DNA from: an uncultured Flavobacteriaceae bacterium
Lineage (GTDB): Bacteria > Bacteroidota > Bacteroidia > Flavobacteriales > Flavobacteriaceae
NCBI GenBank assembly: GCA_943842625.1
Contig: CALTCK010000014.1
Span: 32,449 to 96,448, forward strand
Direction: 5' to 3'
Length of the DNA stretch: 64,000 nucleotides
The translations under genes and the position numbers were made by a program. Shown here piece by piece: positions 41,073-51,657 of the stretch (the stretch's first letter is position 1; each line of letters starts with the position of its first letter). The notes below the pieces were generated by a model. The model was not told where the DNA came from. It saw nothing but the letters and a program-made list of their open reading frames with translations, and ran no database searches.

Positions 41073-42179
41073 CTATAAATTATCGATAACCTTGCAAAGC
41101 CTTTCAGTAACTTCTTCGATACTTCCTACTCCCTGGATTCCAAAATATTTATTTTGATCTTCGTAATAATCTTTTAAAACGGCAGTCTTTGTTTTATACT
41201 CATTGAAACGATTTCTGATTTTAGATTCATCTTGATCATCAGCTCTTCCACTTGTTTCTCCTCTTTTTAACAATCGCTCCACTAATAAATTTTCATCAAC
41301 TTCTAGTGCTATCATGCCATTAATCCCTTCTCCTTTCTCAGCTAAAAAGCTATCTAATGCTGCAGCTTGAGAATGTGTTCTAGGAAATCCATCAAAAATA
41401 AATCCTTGGGCATCGTTGTTTTTTTCAACTTCTGCTTTAAGCATTTCTATAGTAACTTCATCAGGAACTAAATCTCCATTATCCATGTATGACTTTGCTA
41501 ATATCCCTAATTCTGTCTCGTTTTTTATATTGTATCTAAATACATCTCCTGTGGAAATATGTACGAGATTATATTTCACTTTTAGATACTCAGCCTGAGT
41601 TCCTTTCCCTGCCCCAGGAGGACCAAATAACACTATATTTTTCATTTTTCGGGGTTTTAACTTATATATTGCACTTAAATTTCTACCTAGCTCATTATAA
41701 TCAAGACCATATCCTACAATGAAATCATTTTCGATTTCCATTCCAACGTAATCAATAGGATAGTTTTTTTTAAATGCTAAAGGCTTATAAAACATGGTTG
41801 CAATTTTACAACTTTTTACTTGTTCTTGTTTGAGCATTTTTAAAATCGCTTCGATCGTATTACCGGAATCTACAATATCTTCAACTATAATTACATCACG
41901 GTTTTTTAAGGTTGTATCTAAGCCCATCACAGTTGATACAGCTCCTTTCGATTCAGTTCCTTCATAGGAAGTTACTTTCACAAAACTCATTTCACAAGTA
42001 CCATCAAATTTTTTTATGATGTCTGCACCAAAAAAGAAAGCACCATTCAATACAATTAAAAATACCGGTGATTTTTCTTTGTAGTCCTTGTTAATTTTTA
42101 AAGAAACATCATTAACTGCCCCTTTAACTTCTGCTTTTGAAATAAATTTTTGAAAGAATAAATCTTGTAATTGAATCAT
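41073..42179 (-). CDS. adk: fused hypoxanthine phosphoribosyltransferase / adenylate kinase
   Basis: N-half: VLNGA, VEDIVDSGNT, FIVGYGLDY. C-half from Met at 41645: GPPGAGKGTQ, HISTGD, DGFPRT, short LID. Confidence 0.93.
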   Translation of the reverse strand: MIQLQDLFFQKFISKAEVKGAVNDVSLKINKDYKEKSPVFLIVLNGAFFFGADIIKKFDGTCEMSFVKVTSYEGTESKGAVSTVMGLDTTLKNRDVIIVEDIVDSGNTIEAILKMLKQEQVKSCKIATMFYKPLAFKKNYPIDYVGMEIENDFIVGYGLDYNELGRNLSAIYKLKPRKMKNIVLFGPPGAGKGTQAEYLKVKYNLVHISTGDVFRYNIKNETELGILAKSYMDNGDLVPDEVTIEMLKAEVEKNNDAQGFIFDGFPRTHSQAAALDSFLAEKGEGINGMIALEVDENLLVERLLKRGETSGRADDQDESKIRNRFNEYKTKTAVLKDYYEDQNKYFGIQGVGSIEEVTERLCKVIDNL

Positions 42180-42236
42180 TATTTATGCTAAAATTTAACC
42201 AATTTTTAATTCTGTTTCGGCATCAAAATAAAAATG

Positions 42237-42244
42237 CAAAGATA
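42237..42244 (-). promoter_or_regulatory. -7 promoter element (TATCTTTG) for hpt-adk/obgE
   Basis: TAnnTTTG match in the divergent spacer. Confidence 0.6.
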
Positions 42245-42294
42245 AGGATTAACTTATTATTTCTTGTAAACTTCTCTATCTGATTAGAATGATT

Positions 42295-42302
42295 TATTTT
42301 TG
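42295..42302 (+). promoter_or_regulatory. -7 promoter element (TATTTTTG) for purKE
   Basis: TAnnTTTG match 18 nt upstream of the ATG at 42321. Confidence 0.6.
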
Positions 42303-42320
42303 TGCTTAATTATAAAACGA

Positions 42321-43478
42321 ATGGTTCATTATTTTTCATCAAATTTTACATTAGGTATTTTAGGAGGTGGTCAATTAGGAAAAATGCTGCTATATGAAAC
42401 ACGAAAATTTGATATCAAAACAAGTGTTCTAGATCCTAGTAAAAATGCCCCTTGCAAAATTGCTTGCGATACATTTGAAGTTGGTGATTTAATGGATTTC
42501 GAAACGGTATATAATTTTGGAAAAAAGGTTGATGTTCTCACTTTCGAAATTGAACATGTTAACATTGATGCTCTTGACGCGCTTGAAAAAGAAGGTATTG
42601 CTGTATACCCATCTTCAAACACATTACGAAATATCAATGATAAAATTACTCAAAAGAAATTTTATCAAACACATCAAATTCCCACCTCCGCGTTTCAAAT
42701 TTTTAATTCAAAAGATGAATTAATAGTTGCCATTAATAAGTATGAAATTAGATACCCATTTGTTTGGAAGCAAAGTACAGGAGGTTATGATGGAATGGGG
42801 GTTTGTATTGTCAGAAACAAAGAAGATTTAGCAAATGTAAAGGATACTCCATGTATAGCTGAAAAACTAATCCCTTTTGTCAATGAATTAGCTGTCATCG
42901 TTAGTCGCAATCCCAACGGAGAAGTAGCATCCTATCCTGTTGTTGAAATGGAATTTCACCCTGAAGCAAATCAAGTTGAATATGTAATTTGTCCTGCCCG
43001 AATTGAAAATAATATTGCTGAAAGAGCAAAAAAAATCGCTGAAAAGGTGTCTAATTCATTTGAACATGTTGGCTTACTAGCAGTCGAACTGTTTCAGACT
43101 GAAGAGGGAGAAATCCTAGTTAATGAAGTTGCTCCAAGACCACATAATAGTGGCCATTTTAGTATTGAAGGAAGTTTAACAAATCAATTTGAACAACATA
43201 TTAGAGCCATACTAAACCTTCCATTAGGAAATACCAAAAGTAAAATCGCTGCTATCATGGTTAATCTTGTAGGAGAAGAAGGATATACTGGAGATGCACA
43301 CTATAAAAATCTAGAACAAATATTAAGTTTAGATGGAGTTACGCCCCATATATACGGTAAAAAACAAACAAGACCTTACAGAAAAATGGGACATGTGACT
43401 ATTGTAAATAATGATATTAGTAAAGCACGTAAAATCGCAGAAGTAGTAAAAAACACTATCAAAGTAATTAATCGTTAG
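42321..43478 (+). CDS. purK: N5-carboxyaminoimidazole ribonucleotide synthase
   Basis: ILGGGQLGKM, TFEIEHV, GYDG, NEVAPRPHNSGH, RKMGHVT; ATG at 42321 preferred. Confidence 0.97.
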   Translation: MVHYFSSNFTLGILGGGQLGKMLLYETRKFDIKTSVLDPSKNAPCKIACDTFEVGDLMDFETVYNFGKKVDVLTFEIEHVNIDALDALEKEGIAVYPSSNTLRNINDKITQKKFYQTHQIPTSAFQIFNSKDELIVAINKYEIRYPFVWKQSTGGYDGMGVCIVRNKEDLANVKDTPCIAEKLIPFVNELAVIVSRNPNGEVASYPVVEMEFHPEANQVEYVICPARIENNIAERAKKIAEKVSNSFEHVGLLAVELFQTEEGEILVNEVAPRPHNSGHFSIEGSLTNQFEQHIRAILNLPLGNTKSKIAAIMVNLVGEEGYTGDAHYKNLEQILSLDGVTPHIYGKKQTRPYRKMGHVTIVNNDISKARKIAEVVKNTIKVINR

Positions 43479-43521
43479 TCTAACTATAAAAACCCTCTTA
43501 ATGGGAACTAAAAATATGCAA

Positions 43522-44004
43522 ATGAGTAAAGTAGGAATAATTATGGGAAGCACGAGTGATCTTCCTATTATGCAAGAAGCTATCGACATCCTAACTGGAT
43601 TTGATATAGAAATAGAGGTAGACATTGTCTCTGCACACAGAACTCCAGAAAAATTATTTGATTATGGTAAAAATGCTCATAAAAAAGGGTTTACTGTAAT
43701 CATAGCTGGCGCAGGAGGTGCAGCTCACTTACCAGGAATGATTGCCTCATTGTCACCTTTACCTGTTATTGGGGTTCCTGTAAAGTCAAGAAATTCGATC
43801 GATGGTTGGGACTCTATTTTATCGATTCTTCAAATGCCTGGAGGAGTACCTGTAGCTACAGTTGCTCTGGATGGTGCTAAAAACGCAGGTATTTTAGCTG
43901 CTCAGATAATTGGAACTAATGATCAATGTGTATTGGATAAAATAATTACTTACAAAGAAGGTTTAAAACTTAAGGTTGAAAAAGGGGCAAAAGAGATTAA
44001 ATAA
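43522..44004 (+). CDS. purE: N5-CAIR mutase
   Basis: IMGSTSD, SAHRTP, AGAGGAAHLPGM, QMPGGVPVATV. Confidence 0.97.
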   Translation: MSKVGIIMGSTSDLPIMQEAIDILTGFDIEIEVDIVSAHRTPEKLFDYGKNAHKKGFTVIIAGAGGAAHLPGMIASLSPLPVIGVPVKSRNSIDGWDSILSILQMPGGVPVATVALDGAKNAGILAAQIIGTNDQCVLDKIITYKEGLKLKVEKGAKEIK

Positions 44005-44056
44005 TTTGATTGAATCTACATTCTAAAACAATATTAAAACATATCCAAAGAAATTT

Positions 44057-46075
44057 ATGAATAATCCTTTATTGACTCCTTTCGAAACAGCACCTTTTTC
44101 GAAAATTAAAAATGAGCATTTTTCTCCAGCTATCCATCATTTTATTGCAGTTACAAAAACTCAAATAAACGAAATTTCAGAAAATAAGGAGGCCCCAACT
44201 TTTAAAAATACGATCGAGGCTCTTGATGGTACAGGGATTCAATTAGACAGAATTACCAGTATATTTTTTAATTTAAACAGTGCTGAAACCAACGATGAAA
44301 TTCAAAAAATAGCACAAGAGATTTCACCGGCACTCTCCGATTTTAAAAACGATTTATTATTAAATGAAAAACTTTTTAAAAAAGTAAAACACGTTTATGA
44401 AAACAGAACTTCATTATCGCTGAATAAGGAGCAGGCTATGTTACTCAAAAAAAATTACATAGGCTTTACAAGGAACGGAGCAAATTTATCCTATAAAGAC
44501 AAGGATAAACTAAGAGAAATTGACGGAAAGCTTTCTAAATTAAAGTTGCAATTTGGAGAAAATGTATTGGCAGAGACCAATAAATTTTACCTACAAATTA
44601 CGAATGAAAAAGAATTGTCTGGATTGCCCGATGGAGTTATTGAAATGGCTGCACAAACAGCGAAAGAAAAAAAAATGACTGGATGGGTTTTCACTTTAGA
44701 TTACCCAAGTTATGTTCCTTTTGTCACGTACTCGAACCTACGTGAATTAAGAAAAAAAATTACGATTGCTTTTGGACAGAGAGCCTTTAAAAATAATGTA
44801 AACGACAACCAAGCTTCAATACTAGAAATTGTAAACCTCCGACACCAAAGAGCTCAACTATTGGGCTATCCTTCACATGCACATTTTGTATTAGAAGAAC
44901 GAATGGCAAAAACACCAGAAAAAGTTTTAGAATTTTTAACCGAACTACTTGAGAAGGCAAAACCAGCTGCCCAATCCGAATTTAAAAAACTGGAAGACTT
45001 TGCAAAAGAACTGGACGGTATTGATCAACTAGAAAAATGGGATGCTGCTTATTATTCAGAAAAATTAAAGCAAAAGTTGTTTGATTTAGATGACGAAAAA
45101 TTAAAACCGTATTTTAAATTAGAAAATGTAATTGAAGGTGTTTTTAAAATCGCTAATAAATTATACCAACTAAACTTTAAAGAAGTTTACGATGTAGACA
45201 CCTACCATAAAGATGTTAAAACTTATGAGGTAACAGATCAAAACAAGGATTTTATAGCTTTGTTTTACGCAGATTTTCATCCACGAGCAGGTAAAAGATC
45301 TGGTGCATGGATGACCTCGTTTAAAGCACAATACAAATCAAATACAAAAAATGAACGCCCACACATTTCGAATGTTTGCAATTTCACAAAACCAACAAAA
45401 AGTAAGCCTTCTTTATTATCTTTTAGTGAAGTAACTACCCTATTTCATGAGTTCGGACATGGTTTGCATGGAATGTTGGCAAATACTACCTACAAAGGAT
45501 TATCTGGAACCAATGTCTCCTGGGACTTTGTTGAATTACCAAGTCAACTTTTAGAAAATTGGTGTTATGAAAAAGAAGCTTTAGAGCTTTTTGCTAAGCA
45601 TTACAAAAGTGACGAAGTAATCCCTATGGAGTTAATTGAAAAAATTAAAGCTTCAGCAACTTTTCATGAAGGAATGCAGACACTAAGACAGATAAGCTTT
45701 GGCTTATTAGATATCGCTTGGCACGGAAAAGACCCTAGTAGTATAAAAAATGTCAAAGAGTTTGAAACCCTATCATTTTCAGCTACACAACTCTATCCGG
45801 ATGTTAAAAACAATTGTATGAGCACCTCCTTTTCACACATATTTCAAGGTGGTTATTCTGCAGGATATTATAGCTATAAATGGGCTGAAGTATTGGATGC
45901 AGACGCATTCAAATATTTTAAAGATCACGGAATTTTTAACAAGAAAATTGCTACAAAATTTAAAGATACCGTATTGTCTCAAGGCGGAACTTGTGATCCA
46001 TTGGAATTGTACATTAAATTTAAAGGATCGAAACCAAATCCAGAGGCTCTTTTAAAAAGAGCTGGTTTGATTTAA
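44057..46075 (+). CDS. dcp: M3 family metallopeptidase (peptidyl-dipeptidase Dcp)
   Basis: KRSGAWM, FHEFGHGLH, DFVELPSQ, GYSAGYYSYKWAEVLDAD. Confidence 0.92.
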   Translation: MNNPLLTPFETAPFSKIKNEHFSPAIHHFIAVTKTQINEISENKEAPTFKNTIEALDGTGIQLDRITSIFFNLNSAETNDEIQKIAQEISPALSDFKNDLLLNEKLFKKVKHVYENRTSLSLNKEQAMLLKKNYIGFTRNGANLSYKDKDKLREIDGKLSKLKLQFGENVLAETNKFYLQITNEKELSGLPDGVIEMAAQTAKEKKMTGWVFTLDYPSYVPFVTYSNLRELRKKITIAFGQRAFKNNVNDNQASILEIVNLRHQRAQLLGYPSHAHFVLEERMAKTPEKVLEFLTELLEKAKPAAQSEFKKLEDFAKELDGIDQLEKWDAAYYSEKLKQKLFDLDDEKLKPYFKLENVIEGVFKIANKLYQLNFKEVYDVDTYHKDVKTYEVTDQNKDFIALFYADFHPRAGKRSGAWMTSFKAQYKSNTKNERPHISNVCNFTKPTKSKPSLLSFSEVTTLFHEFGHGLHGMLANTTYKGLSGTNVSWDFVELPSQLLENWCYEKEALELFAKHYKSDEVIPMELIEKIKASATFHEGMQTLRQISFGLLDIAWHGKDPSSIKNVKEFETLSFSATQLYPDVKNNCMSTSFSHIFQGGYSAGYYSYKWAEVLDADAFKYFKDHGIFNKKIATKFKDTVLSQGGTCDPLELYIKFKGSKPNPEALLKRAGLI

Positions 46076-46105
46076 AAACGATGACTCGCAGTGATAAGCT
46101 AAAAC

Positions 46106-46932
46106 TTAAAAAAAGACTTCACGAAAAATATTAAAATAGTATAGAATCAAACTTGACAATCCATACCAAACGATAGGAATACTTTCTACCCAAAATGAGG
46201 AGTAATATTTTGGTTCATTTTTTTTAGAAATAAAAAGAATAAAAATAAAATAGGGGTGATCAACGCTAAACTATAAAGATGATTCTTATTGATTTCATCT
46301 TTATAAAATTCTAAAACGAGTACTACAATTAATAAAAAAGTGCCGATCAATTTTGTTTTACAAACCCCTAATCTCTGCGGCAAGGTTTCGATTGTTGAGT
46401 CGTCAAATTTTAAATCTCTGATTTCAAAAGGTAAGGTAAGAATAAAAACAAATAGAAATCTTTGAATAAAAGATAACCAAACATTTTTATTTAGTAATTC
46501 AATATTTTCGTTTAAAATAGGCAGAACAACAGTTATACTAGCCCAAACCAAAGCGACAATACTAATTTTGAGGCCTGTCAGATTTCTCAAATTTTTATTT
46601 TTATGTAAAGGATTTGCGTATAAAAATGTTAGAATCGCTAGGAATAAGACAAAAACTATTGAAACTTCTGAAAGTTGAAAATAAAAAAATAAACCTGCTA
46701 TTACAGAAATTAGTTGAATTAGCTTTAAAGATAGCGAAATTTCGTGTTTGGAAGATTTGTATATTGACACAAACTTCACAAAGTTGTACCCAGCAATGGT
46801 GCTAAAAAAAATGAAGAAATAAAAATATTTTAAAATTTTTATATCGAATTCGTTAGCAGTAATACCAACCAACGCAGAGACTGCAAGAGCGACATGTAAA
46901 CTGCTTCTAATATAAATTTTAAACCAATTCAT
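46106..46932 (-). CDS. multi-pass membrane protein (UbiA-like), C-terminus continues after a -1 frameshift at about 46222
   Basis: SSLHVALAV, LPFEIRDLKFD...TLPQRLG; the alternate frame continues YYSSFWVESIPIVW to a stop at 46106. Confidence 0.7.
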
Positions 46933-47026
46933 TTCACAAAAATAATCATTGTTAAATCAATCACAATTAATCGTTAAAAATCAGCTGTTTTTATTTTAAA
47001 AAACATTCATTTATTGTTAAATATTG

Positions 47027-47034
47027 TAAATTTG
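47027..47034 (+). promoter_or_regulatory. -7 promoter element (TAAATTTG) for gcvP
   Basis: TAnnTTTG match 24 nt upstream of the ATG. Confidence 0.65.
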
Positions 47035-47058
47035 CACTTCAAATTTTAACGAAGTAAA

Positions 47059-49909
47059 ATGAACACAGATTCTTTCGCTCAAAGACACATTGGTCCAAGA
47101 AAAAGTGACCTTAGTAAAATGTTAAAAACTATTGGTGTTAACTCTATGCAACAGCTTATAGAAGAGACCATTCCAGAAGACATTCTACTCGACAAAAAGC
47201 TTTCCTTATCTAAAGCAATGTCTGAACAAGAATATCAAGAACACAACAATTTACTTAGTAAAAAAAACAAACTTTTTAAAACCTACATTGGACTGGGTTA
47301 TCACCATACTTTTTCACCTCCTGTAATTCAAAGAAATATTCTTGAAAACCCAGGATGGTATACCGCATATACGCCTTATCAAGCGGAAATAGCTCAAGGT
47401 AGATTAGAAGCCTTGATTAATTTTCAAACGATGGTATGTGACTTGACAGGAATGGAATTGTCAAACGCTTCTTTGTTGGATGAAGCAACTGCTGCTGCTG
47501 AGGCAATGGCATTACTATTTTCAGTTCGTGATCGTTCACAGAAAAAAAATAATGTTGTTAAATTTTTTGTCTCGGAAGAAATTTTCCCTCAAACCATGTC
47601 ACTGTTAGAAACTAGATCAAATCCACTAGGCATAGAATTGGTTAAAGGAAATCATGAAGATTTTGATTTTTCTGATGAGTATTTTGGGGCCATGTTACAA
47701 TACCCCGGAAAATTTGGTGAAGTATATGATTACAAATCATTTGTAAACAAAGCTCAACAAGCTTCTATAAAAGTCGCAGTCGCCGCTGATATATTAAGTT
47801 TAGTTTTGCTAGAGGCTCCTGGGAACTTTGGCGTTGATGTTGTCGTCGGTACTACACAGCGATTTGGGATTCCTTTGGGTTATGGGGGACCGCACGCTGG
47901 TTATTTTGCTACTAAAGAAGCTTACAAGCGTAATATCCCTGGAAGGATCATAGGTGTTACAAAAGACATGGACAACAACCTGTCTTACAGAATGGCATTG
48001 CAAACAAGAGAACAACATATAAAGAGGGACAGAGCGACTTCCAATATATGTACAGCACAAGTTTTATTAGCAGTAATGGCAGGAATGTATGCCGTATATC
48101 ACGGTCCAAATGGATTAAAAAACATAGCAACTAAAGTCAATAAAACAACTATAACGCTTGCTAAAGCACTTGAAAAGTTAGGGTTTTCTCAAACAAATTC
48201 TACTTTTTTTGATACCATCGTACTACAAGCAAAAAAAAATATAATTAAGCCTATTGCAAAAAGAAATGAAATTAATTTTTATTATATTGATGATAACAAC
48301 ATCAGTATTTCTATAAATGAAACTACAAGCTTAAACGACCTTCATAAAATCGTTAATGTGTTTGCTGAAGGTGCTAATAAAGATTTTGTAATGATTGAAA
48401 CTTTGGTTGCTGACGTTTCAATTCCTGAGGCTTTAGTCAGAAAAACGCCTTATTTAACAAATAAGGTCTTTAACACCTATCATTCAGAAACTGAAATGAT
48501 GCGTTATATTAAGAAACTCGAACGAAAAGATTTATCTCTCAATCATTCTATGATCTCTCTAGGATCATGTACTATGAAACTTAACGCAGCTTCAGAGATG
48601 CTTCCGTTGAGTAACCCAAATTGGTCAAGTATTCATCCTTATGTTCCTTTGGAACAAGCTCAAGGATACCAAGAAATGTTAAAAAACTTAGAAGACCAAT
48701 TAACTGAAATCACAGGTTTTGCTGCAACTTCTTTGCAACCAAACTCTGGTGCTCAAGGAGAATTTTCTGGTTTAATGGTAATTAGAGCTTATCACGAATC
48801 CAGAGGAGATCATCATAGAAATATTTGCTTAATCCCTTCTTCAGCCCATGGAACCAATCCTGCAAGTGCAGTGATGGCAGGAATGAAAGTTGTTGTTACT
48901 AAAGCTACTGACCAAGGAGACATTGATATTGATGATTTACGCGAAAAAGCTATTTTATATAAAGACAACCTATCATCTTTAATGATAACTTATCCTTCAA
49001 CGCATGGCGTTTATGAAGCTTCAATTATCGAAATCAATCGTATTATTCATGAAAACGGAGGTCAAGTATATATGGATGGAGCAAATATGAATGCTCAAGT
49101 TGCCTTAACGAATCCAGGAGCAATTGGAGCGGATGTATGTCACTTAAACTTACACAAAACATTTGCCATTCCTCACGGTGGCGGTGGTCCTGGAGTTGGT
49201 CCCATTTGCGTTGCAAAACAATTAGCCCCTTTTTTACCCAGCAATCCAATTATAAAAACTGGAGGAGAAAAAGCGATTACAGCTATCTCAGCAGCTCCCT
49301 GGGGATCAGCATTAGTTTGCTTGATTTCTTATGCTTATATCTGCATGCTTGGAGAAAAAGGATTAAAAAAATCGACTGAATTTGCAATACTAAATACTAA
49401 TTACATAAAAGAAAGACTACACGGTTCTTTCGAAGTTTTATACACCGGTGAAAGTGGCCGTGCTGCGCACGAAATGATTATAGATTGTCGCCCATTTAAA
49501 GCTAACGGAATTGAAGTAACTGATATTGCAAAAAGATTAATGGATTATGGCTTTCATGCTCCAACGGTTTCTTTTCCTGTTGCTGGGACTATGATGATTG
49601 AACCAACAGAGAGTGAAAGCTTAGAAGAATTAGATCGTTTTTGTGACGCTATGATTTCAATAAGAAAAGAAATTGATGAAGCCAAATTGGATCAACCCAA
49701 TAATGCACTTAAAGAATTCACCACATACTTTGGAAATGCTTACTAAAGACAATTGGAATTTACCATATTCAAGAGAAAAAGCTGCCTTTCCGTTGCGGCA
49801 TACTAGAGAAAATAAATTTTGGCCAACGGTCAGAAGAGTAGATGATGCTTATGGAGACCGTAATTTAATTTGTACTTGTACTCCTATGGAAGATTTTATG
49901 GTAGAATAG
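47059..49909 (+). CDS. gcvP: glycine dehydrogenase (decarboxylating), with a +1 frameshift at about 49710
   Basis: [37 protein letters not shown] site; the last about 65 aa (KNSPHT...[15 protein letters not shown]) lie in the +1 frame. Confidence 0.95.
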
Positions 49910-49948
49910 TTAATTTTAACTATTAACTAATTAAAAAATTATCAAATA

Positions 49949-49974
49949 AAAAGCTTTTCTTAAGAAAAGCTTTT
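49949..49974. terminator. 26-bp perfect palindrome; probable gcvP terminator
   Basis: AAAAGCTTTTCTTAAGAAAAGCTTTT equals its own reverse complement. Confidence 0.6.
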
Positions 49975-50008
49975 CTATTTTTACCAATCACAAGAAAACT
50001 AGTAGCTT

Positions 50009-51070
50009 ATGGCTATAAAAATTACTGGTGTTGGTAGCTATATTCCCCAACAAGAGGTTCCTAATAATTCATTTTTAAAAAATGATTTTTATACTGAAGA
50101 TGGTCAACAGTATAAGGTGGATAATGATATTATCATTAAAAAGTTTAAGCATATAACGGGTATCTCTGAAAGACGCTATGCAAAAGATCATCTAAATAAT
50201 TCTGATATCGGAGCTATTGCATCTGAAAAAGCAATTCAAAATTCCAACATTAACGCTGAAGAGCTAGACTATATAATCGTAGCTCATAATTATGGAGATG
50301 TCGCTCATGATTCCAAACAAAGTGATGCGGTTCCAAGTATTGCTTCAAGGATAAAGCAAAAAATCAATATAAAAAATCCAAGTTGTGTAGCCTACGACAT
50401 ATTATTTGGATGTCCCGGATGGGTTGAAGGAATGATTCAAGCAAATGCTTTTATCAAAGCAGGAATTGCCAAGAAATGTTTGATAGTAGGAACTGAAACA
50501 CTTTCAAGAGTTACCGATCGAAGCGACCGAGATGCAATGATTTTTAGCGATGGGGCAGCTGCCGTTGTATTAGAAAAAACTGATAGCTTAGAAGGAGGTT
50601 TGCTTGCTCACGAATCTGCAACCTATGCTATAGAGGAAGCTAATTATATTTATTTTGGTGAATCTTTTAATCCTGAAGATACCAAGAATACAAAATACAT
50701 TAAAATGTTAGGGAGAAAAATTTACGAATTTGCACTCACCAAAGTACCGCTGGCCATGAAAGCTTGTTTAGATAAATCAAAAGTTGATATTTCTAACATA
50801 AAAAAAATATTAATTCACCAGGCGAATGAAAAAATGGATGAAGCAATCATTCAAAGATTCTATAAATTATATGGTCTAGACATGCCAGAAAACATTATGC
50901 CAATGTCTATCAATAAACTAGGAAATTCTAGTGTGGCAACAGTACCTACTTTATACGACTTGATTCTCAAAGGAGAACTGGAAAATCATTCAATAAATAA
51001 AGGAGATCATATTATTTTTTCCAGTGTTGGTGCTGGGATGAATATTAATGCTATAATTTATCAAGTGTAA
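50009..51070 (+). CDS. fabH: 3-oxoacyl-ACP synthase III family protein (flavobacterial type)
   Basis: FGCPGW (Cys), HQANEKMD, GNSSVAT, SVGAGMNINA. Confidence 0.9.
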   Translation: MAIKITGVGSYIPQQEVPNNSFLKNDFYTEDGQQYKVDNDIIIKKFKHITGISERRYAKDHLNNSDIGAIASEKAIQNSNINAEELDYIIVAHNYGDVAHDSKQSDAVPSIASRIKQKINIKNPSCVAYDILFGCPGWVEGMIQANAFIKAGIAKKCLIVGTETLSRVTDRSDRDAMIFSDGAAAVVLEKTDSLEGGLLAHESATYAIEEANYIYFGESFNPEDTKNTKYIKMLGRKIYEFALTKVPLAMKACLDKSKVDISNIKKILIHQANEKMDEAIIQRFYKLYGLDMPENIMPMSINKLGNSSVATVPTLYDLILKGELENHSINKGDHIIFSSVGAGMNINAIIYQV

Positions 51071-51086
51071 TATTATCTTTTGAATC

Positions 51087-51608
51087 TTGTACGAAAAGAA
51101 TTTCCCACATAAGCGATATCAAATTACCTTAGATTTTCTAAAAAAACACATTGCAAAAAAAGAATCTATATTAGATTTAGGAGTACTCAATCCATTTTCG
51201 GAGATCTTAATAAATGAAGGGTTCAATGTTGCAAACACCCAAGGACAAGACTTAGATCTAGACACCTCAATTGTAAAAAAAAATGATTTTGATGTAGTAA
51301 CTGCTTTTCAAATTTTTGAACATATGGTGGCTCCTTTCAATGTTTTAAGTGATATAAAGACCAATAAACTAATAGCTTCAGTTCCTTTAAACTTATGGTT
51401 TTCGAAAGCGTATAGAAACAACAAAGACAAATGGGATAGACATTATCACGAATTTGAAGACTGGCAATTTGACTGGCTTTTAGAGAAATCTGGGTGGAGA
51501 ATTAAAGATCGTGTCAAATTTGTAAATCCAGTTAAAAAAATTGGTATAAGACCCATTTTTAGAAAGTTTACTCCAAGATTTTACTTGGTGTATGCAGAAA
51601 GAAAATAA
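51087..51608 (+). CDS. small class I SAM-dependent methyltransferase-like protein
   Basis: ILDLGV motif I, VTAFQIFEHM, HYHEF; TTG start. Confidence 0.75.
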   Translation: MYEKNFPHKRYQITLDFLKKHIAKKESILDLGVLNPFSEILINEGFNVANTQGQDLDLDTSIVKKNDFDVVTAFQIFEHMVAPFNVLSDIKTNKLIASVPLNLWFSKAYRNNKDKWDRHYHEFEDWQFDWLLEKSGWRIKDRVKFVNPVKKIGIRPIFRKFTPRFYLVYAERK

Positions 51609-51657
51609 CAACAAAGGTGTTTTTATAAATTATAAGATTTGTAAATTGATATCTACT

